Shown piece by piece: positions 55,241 to 60,410 of a stretch of DNA of 60,410 bases. The notes below the pieces were generated by a model that was given only the letters and a program-made list of their open reading frames with translations, was not told where the DNA came from and ran no database searches. The stretch spans positions 124,001 through 184,410 of the forward strand of contig KZ537980.1 in NCBI GenBank assembly GCA_000934665.2. The letters are read 5' to 3'. The stretch's first letter is position 1. Every line of letters begins with the position of its first letter. A program made the translations under genes and the position numbers. The DNA comes from Catajapyx aquilonaris. Its lineage: Eukaryota.

Positions 55241-55361
55241 CTGTTATAGACGAGGTTGTTACGTATATCCGGATTCAATCGTATCATCATCATCATCGAT
55301 GATGATGATGATGATGATGATATTAGTTGAATCCGTATATAACAGCCTCGGCTGTAACAGA
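55241..55361. repeat. Inverted repeat centred on a palindromic microsatellite (ATC)5(GAT)8
   Basis: TCTGTTATAGACGAGGTTGTTA..GGATTCAA - (ATC)5|(GAT)8 - TTGAATCCG..TAACAGCCTCGGCTGTAACAGA. Confidence 0.75.
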
Positions 55362-55930
55362 CTTTCGGTTATAACAGACTGGAAAGGCTGCTCCCTATTT
55401 TACTTGTGAAGAGGCGTTTAAGATACTAATTTCACCTCATATCAACTAAGTTATCTTATAACAAACCATTTTTTGGCCCCTTGGGACTGGAAGCGAGAGG
55501 GACACGAGAGGGAAAAGCTCCTGAAGTTACGAGCATATTTGTTTATTGTCTGGGAGCGCCAAGGAGCACCTGGTAGTACCAAGGAGTACCAAAGAGTATA
55601 CCACTGGAGGTGTACACAGGACTACCGAAGTGAGTACCCCCTTGTGAATGACCCCTCAAGCAAGTTTCAACCAAATGGGAGGGGGCCGACCTTGACCGTT
55701 CCCTTGTTAGTGCTATTCGGATCTGCTCCACAGCAAGGCAGCCGTAAATAATTAAATCCGGATGTCCAATATATATTGGACGTCGGGTCTCAGGAGAATA
55801 TAAGCAGATACCGGTACGGCAAGGTGACCAATGGATTCCTCACACTTTCTCTGTTATCGATATTTTTATGAAGACCTGCCCTTTGCCACATGTGGTACTG
55901 ATGTTGATAAATAGAAACCTATGCTAACAA

Positions 55931-56410
55931 CAATATTGGTTTAAGTTGTTGCATGTACCCCTTGGTATGTACAAGTACCGTTCATAAAGAATGGTACGAC
56001 TCTATACATGGACGAAATGTTTATTCTGTTCCCAACCCCTGTACTGGGTCGCCAGCATGTTTTTAGGGGTCACGAGGAAGTCCGGGAAAGGGGAATCAAA
56101 ATAAAATAAAAAAAGAGAAGAGAAAAAGTGAAAAACAAAGCTGAGTAGGAAAGTTTTAGGGGGGAAATTCACATATATCAAATCGACGTAAGCATTATTG
56201 CATCGGGTTGAACATTTTGGTCATTAAAATTTCAATTTAAAAATCGGGATCGGTCATACGAGTCACCAGAGGTCCAGAAAAGGTTGTCCACTGTCGAATT
56301 AAGGTTGGGAATAATGCTCGATAATCAGGATAAACATTTCGTCCATAGAGTCGTACCATTCTTTATAAGCGGGACCGTACCATTAATAATGACTTTCAAA
56401 CCAACATTGG
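55931..56410. mobile_element. Degenerate TIR element
   Basis: ATAAAGAATGGTACGACTCTA..TGGACGAAATGTTTAT is inverted relative to ATAAACATTTCGTCCATAGAGTCGTACCATTCTTTAT. Outer pair: CAATATTGGTTT / AAACCAACATTG. Confidence 0.6.
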
Positions 56411-56727
56411 GATGTACACAAGATTGTGGTGAGGCTTCAAAGTTTGAAATTACAATATCTCAGTTTCACATGAGGTGGACCTTGATCGTTTTTCTCCCGA
56501 GGTCTTCATATAGCGATGATCCTGGGAAGAGTGATGTCCAGGATGTGCATCGTCCGTGTGTTGTTAGTTTTATTTTTGGTCTTACAAAATAAATGGACCA
56601 TATTCAGAGACATGCGTATATATAATTAGGCAACACAAGTCATGTTCTTTTTCAATGTCTCATTTAATTAGTCATTGCAATATAATGACATCTACACAGA
56701 GCTAATGAAATGAAAGCGCTTAAATAT

Positions 56728-56949
56728 ACTGCGGGTTGGTTCATAAGTCATGGCGCGTATTTTTTAATTCAAAAACGGTAACACATAGAGAGATGAACTT
56801 TATTACCTTCTGAAACTCCGGAAATTACGGGAGCTTGAATTCGAGTGTGGCATAAGTCAGAGTTTCACTATATGCCATCCGTTGCCACATTGTTACTATT
56901 TTTGAATAAATAAATGTGCGCCATGACTTATGAAACAACCCAGCACGTA
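56728..56949. mobile_element. Mariner-like MITE
   Basis: GGGTTGGTTCATAAGTCATGGCGC..ATTCAAAAA is inverted relative to TTTTTGAAT..GCGCCATGACTTATGAAACAACCC, with TA at both ends. Confidence 0.7.
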
Positions 56950-58341
56950 CAGCAGCATGCTGCACCTCGTTAATAGTTGCAGATTCCCTACTACAGAGCG
57001 ACTATGGTATGTAGAAAAATATATCGATTTATTGCTATATATGTACAGGCGGTTAGCTAAATATTAACATTATTTTGTACGAGAGGTGTCCCCCATGAAA
57101 TGTAAACATATCCTTCACATACACTTTTATATAAACCTGTTGGCCATCGATCGACTTCCGGAACTAATCCAACAAAAAAAGACACCCGCAGCATAATTAT
57201 GCTGCATGTGTGATGGATTTGTAATTGCAAAGTGAAAGACTCTGTATATACATAGGCCTATATCTGATATCAGGTTGCTGGCAAAGTCACCATGAGTCAC
57301 AAAACTTGGACAGCATACTTCACCATTAATGATGGGCTTTCTGCAACCGACTTTATTGTGTTTAATGTGGCTTCCCGTGCCTGAAGTTCTGAGAGTCCGG
57401 ATATAATTATATCATGCATCGATTTCAGCTTAGAGATTCATTAGCCTGCCCTTTATTGGCGCAAGAGATTCTGCTTCTTTACTGCGACCATTCCCTCTTC
57501 GCATTTTACACACAGGATATGCATCACCCTGTATAGACCCAGAATTCAGAGTCGTTTTCGTTTTATAGCAATTATATGTACAGTACAGCAATTATTATAA
57601 AGGTGTAGCCCTTAATAACGGTCAGTTAAAGACTGGACACACCAGCCATTAGTGGACTAGCCGCTTTGTGTGTGTTCCCGCATTTGATGCCGATGAAAAC
57701 AGCCCTTGTGTGATGCAAATGCAATAATGTCATGCACGATGATGAGAATGGTGAAGTGGGCTATTGTATAGGGCGCGAGCGATATGAAGGCAGCGATAGG
57801 CAGCTAGGGGGACCACACCAGGTGGGAGGGATGGAGGGTGGGGGGAGATGGGGTGGCCCCCTTCAGCCCTGCTCTCAATGGACCCCAAGGGCCTGGGGGG
57901 CCGCCTGCCCAAAAAGGGTAGGGTGCTCCGGATGGAAGGGAAAAAGTGGGACGGTCACTCGCCACACCCACCTCCATTCTTCGCTCTTTCCCCTCTCGAT
58001 GGTCATCCGCCCTATCGCGAGCTGACCACCACCGCACTGACGCTCGGCCACATGCCACGAGTATTAAATAATTCATCGATCGTGAAGATCGTCCAAAAGT
58101 AAACAGCTGCACTTGCCTTAAAACTGACTAGTTCGACCTTCTTTCATAAGGTGCAAAGGAATAAAAGACACTCACCTTAGTACGGATGGGGAGAGTACGG
58201 TACTTTGTCGAGTATCGAATTTTATTACGGCTGCTCTTCGGGTAAGCTGGCTGTAAAAAGAGGCCGATAAATATATACGCACACTATAATTTGGTAATTC
58301 ACAGATTCTGTAAGTAGGGAGTAGAATACGGGTTCTGAACT

Positions 58342-58658
58342 TCTGAAGTGATTCTGGAACAAAGTGGTGCTTTATTCATTTTCATTTGAATTTTGTGTAA
58401 CAATTTGAGGAGCACAGACTGGATGTCCACTGTATGTCCCAGTGGAGCAGTGTAATGCAACAGTAAATGTCAATTCTTGTATTTGATTAGCTTTTCGTAT
58501 ACAAAAGCTAATCAGAGTCAAGAATTTACATTTACTATGCTACATTACACTGCTCCACTGGGACATACAGTGGACATCCAGTCTGTGCTCCTCAAATTGT
58601 TACACAAAATTCAAATGAAAAGGAATAAAGCACCATTTTGTTCCAGAATCACTTCAGA
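58342..58658. repeat. Near-perfect 317-bp palindrome (hairpin with a 7-nt loop)
   Basis: Left arm TCTGAAGTGATTCTGGAACAAA...TGATTAGCTTTT, loop CGTATAC, right arm AAAAGCTAATCA...TTTGTTCCAGAATCACTTCAGA. Confidence 0.92.
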
Positions 58659-59607
58659 TCATCACAGATCACACAGATCATCACAATTATTGTGGATGAT
58701 GAGATACATTGGCGCGGGGCCTTTATGGTCAGGTCGCCGTAACTCTGATGTGATAAAGCGCTGCGCCACGCCGCGCCAGCTATATAGAGCACTGAAGAAT
58801 GGAACGAAACAGACCTGAGAGAACACGGAGCAATGTTCATTGCAGAATGGACGTGGAATTTTGCTTATAGGATTTGGTTTAGAAGTTGATGATTAAATGT
58901 ATGACCAAAATGTGTACGGGATTTATACCGATACGCTTAAAATTTGAGTATCGTGTCTAAAAGATGAAAACGGTGCAGTTTGCAAGGCTCCAAAGAGGTC
59001 ACTGGAAAACAGGACTTGAGTGCTGCTGCATTGGCGCAAGTCACAAGCTGCTGGAAGTACCCTGTGCCGTATACATTCCCGTTGGAGAACCCATCAGTGT
59101 TTTCCGATGAACTCAATATCTTCCAAAATGGACAGTCTCCTGAATCATATACAGTATCCCGCCGGAACTTTTTGCAAGTCACTATATAAAACCAAATGTG
59201 ATGGGAGAAGAAAGGATTGACCATATATATTTCTGATCCCCAGTAAGTTAATCGAAGATGTAAGATTGTAAGCTATAGGACTATAGTCTATAACTATAAT
59301 TTAATGTTGTTTGGAATAAACCGGAACAAACACCTCGGGTATAACACACTTTTTCCGCGATCTCGTGAAGTTTGTTTTATCCCGATTCAACCATAGTCTA
59401 CTATTAACCCCTTTCGCTGTATACTGTACCTGCTATATTGCCATTGCCAGGTATTACTGGACAACTCTTAAGCTGATTTAATTATGAAATTATGTTACAG
59501 TATGCGGAATATCTACCTTGAGAAACGTGCCAGACGAATTTGCTGAAATCGTCTATAAGTCGAACTTCCCTAAGTCGAAGTTCATGTTGGTGAGCACGGA
59601 AAATCTA

Positions 59608-59643
59608 CTAATTTCCCAGCCGAAGCTTCGGCTGGGAAATTAG
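59608..59643. repeat. Perfect 36-bp palindrome
   Basis: CTAATTTCCCAGCCGAAG|CTTCGGCTGGGAAATTAG. Confidence 0.9.
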
Positions 59644-59706
59644 AAAATTTTCAAGAGTAGGCCACCGCACAGAAAGGCTCAATTTCCTGATCTCGGTCTA
59701 CCAGAC

Positions 59707-60037
59707 CAACGAGATAGAATAGGGTAGAGGCCGTAAAGGTCACGTGATCTTTGGCGTCCATGCCACTTCACGGCAAGAACATGCGCTCATTTGAAATTGC
59801 CGTATTTCTAACCCTGTTCTCCTCTGTCTACACTCCTGCCTCCTGGCGGGGGGTGGGAATAAATAAAAACGTGCCCAGACAGGCTTTTCTTCCTAGTCCC
59901 GCCAGGAGGCAGGAGAGGAGAACAGGGTTAGCGATACTACAATTTCGAAGTTCTTGCCGTGAAGTGGCATGGCCATTTTGCCATTTTGCTTCAAAGATGT
60001 CCGACCTTTACGGCCTCTACCCTATTCTATCTCGTTG
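59707..60037. mobile_element. MITE with 8-bp TSD and 35-bp perfect TIRs (P-element-like or hAT)
   Basis: TSD TACCAGAC at 59699-59706 and 60038-60045. TIR CAACGAGATAGAATAGGGTAGAGGCCGTAAAGGTC. There are further internal inverted blocks (CCATGCCACTTCACGGCAAGAAC; CTCCTGCCTCCTGGCGGG). Confidence 0.88.
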
Positions 60038-60199
60038 TACCAGACGTACCAAAAGAAGTGTTTGACTCGATTGTGACAATTGAATCCTTGAATCTAAGAG
60101 TAGGCAAATGTCCATCACGGAGTTTTTTAAAACACCAAAACAACGAAGAACATTGTAAGTGTGCACACAAAACAATATATGTGTCGAATGACACAGGCA

Positions 60200-60364
60200 A
60201 GGTGTGTCAATCCTGTGCCTGGGAGGACACACATACAGTGTGTCACATGACTATGACACGCATGCCATGTGTCATATTGACACAGTGATGTGTGTCACCT
60301 GACACATATAGGCTAGAAATGACACACTCAAAGTGTGTCGTCCCAGGCACAGAATGACACACCT
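60200..60364. mobile_element. Small MITE-like inverted repeat rich in TGACAC motifs
   Basis: AGGTGTGTCAATCCTGTGCCTGGGAGGACACAC is inverted relative to GTGTGTCGTCCCAGGCACAGAATGACACACCT. Confidence 0.6.
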
Positions 60365-60410
60365 GGGGTTACACATGTATTGCGTGCCATTTCACAGAAG
60401 AAAATCCTAC

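Noticed and set aside
58980..59220. Short overlapping ORFs that might be an exon or transposase remnant
   Set aside because: No recognisable motif or convincing splice boundaries.

Overview
Eukaryotic, very probably insect, genomic DNA in two parts. The left ~35 kb is compact and gene-dense. It holds a gustatory-receptor-like gene running off the left edge, abnormal spindle (asp/ASPM, 9 coding exons), Ykt6, an ING4/5 PHD-finger gene, B3GALT6, GPR155/LYCHOS and EFTUD2/Snu114. Several are arranged head-to-head with YY1/TISU-like motifs. I reconstructed all exon chains by hand from splice signals, and for the six complete genes they give intact frames. The right ~25 kb has no recognisable host CDS and is probably a large intron or intergenic region of an unidentified gene. 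It is rich in non-autonomous elements: two tRNA-derived SINE families with TSDs, a Helitron carrying a SINE, a Harbinger deletion derivative, many MITEs and several long hairpins. It also contains one 108-N assembly gap. The most notable points are: (1) Asp keeps only about 4 IQ motifs and has a ~320-aa E/R/K single-alpha-helix-like repeat where the IQ array normally lies; (2) GPR155 appears to lack its DEP domain; (3) B3GALT6 needs a GC-AG intron whose ends lie in a direct repeat; (4) the SINEs shuffle heads and tails, and one rides inside a Helitron; (5) there are nested palindromes that could form long dsRNA.
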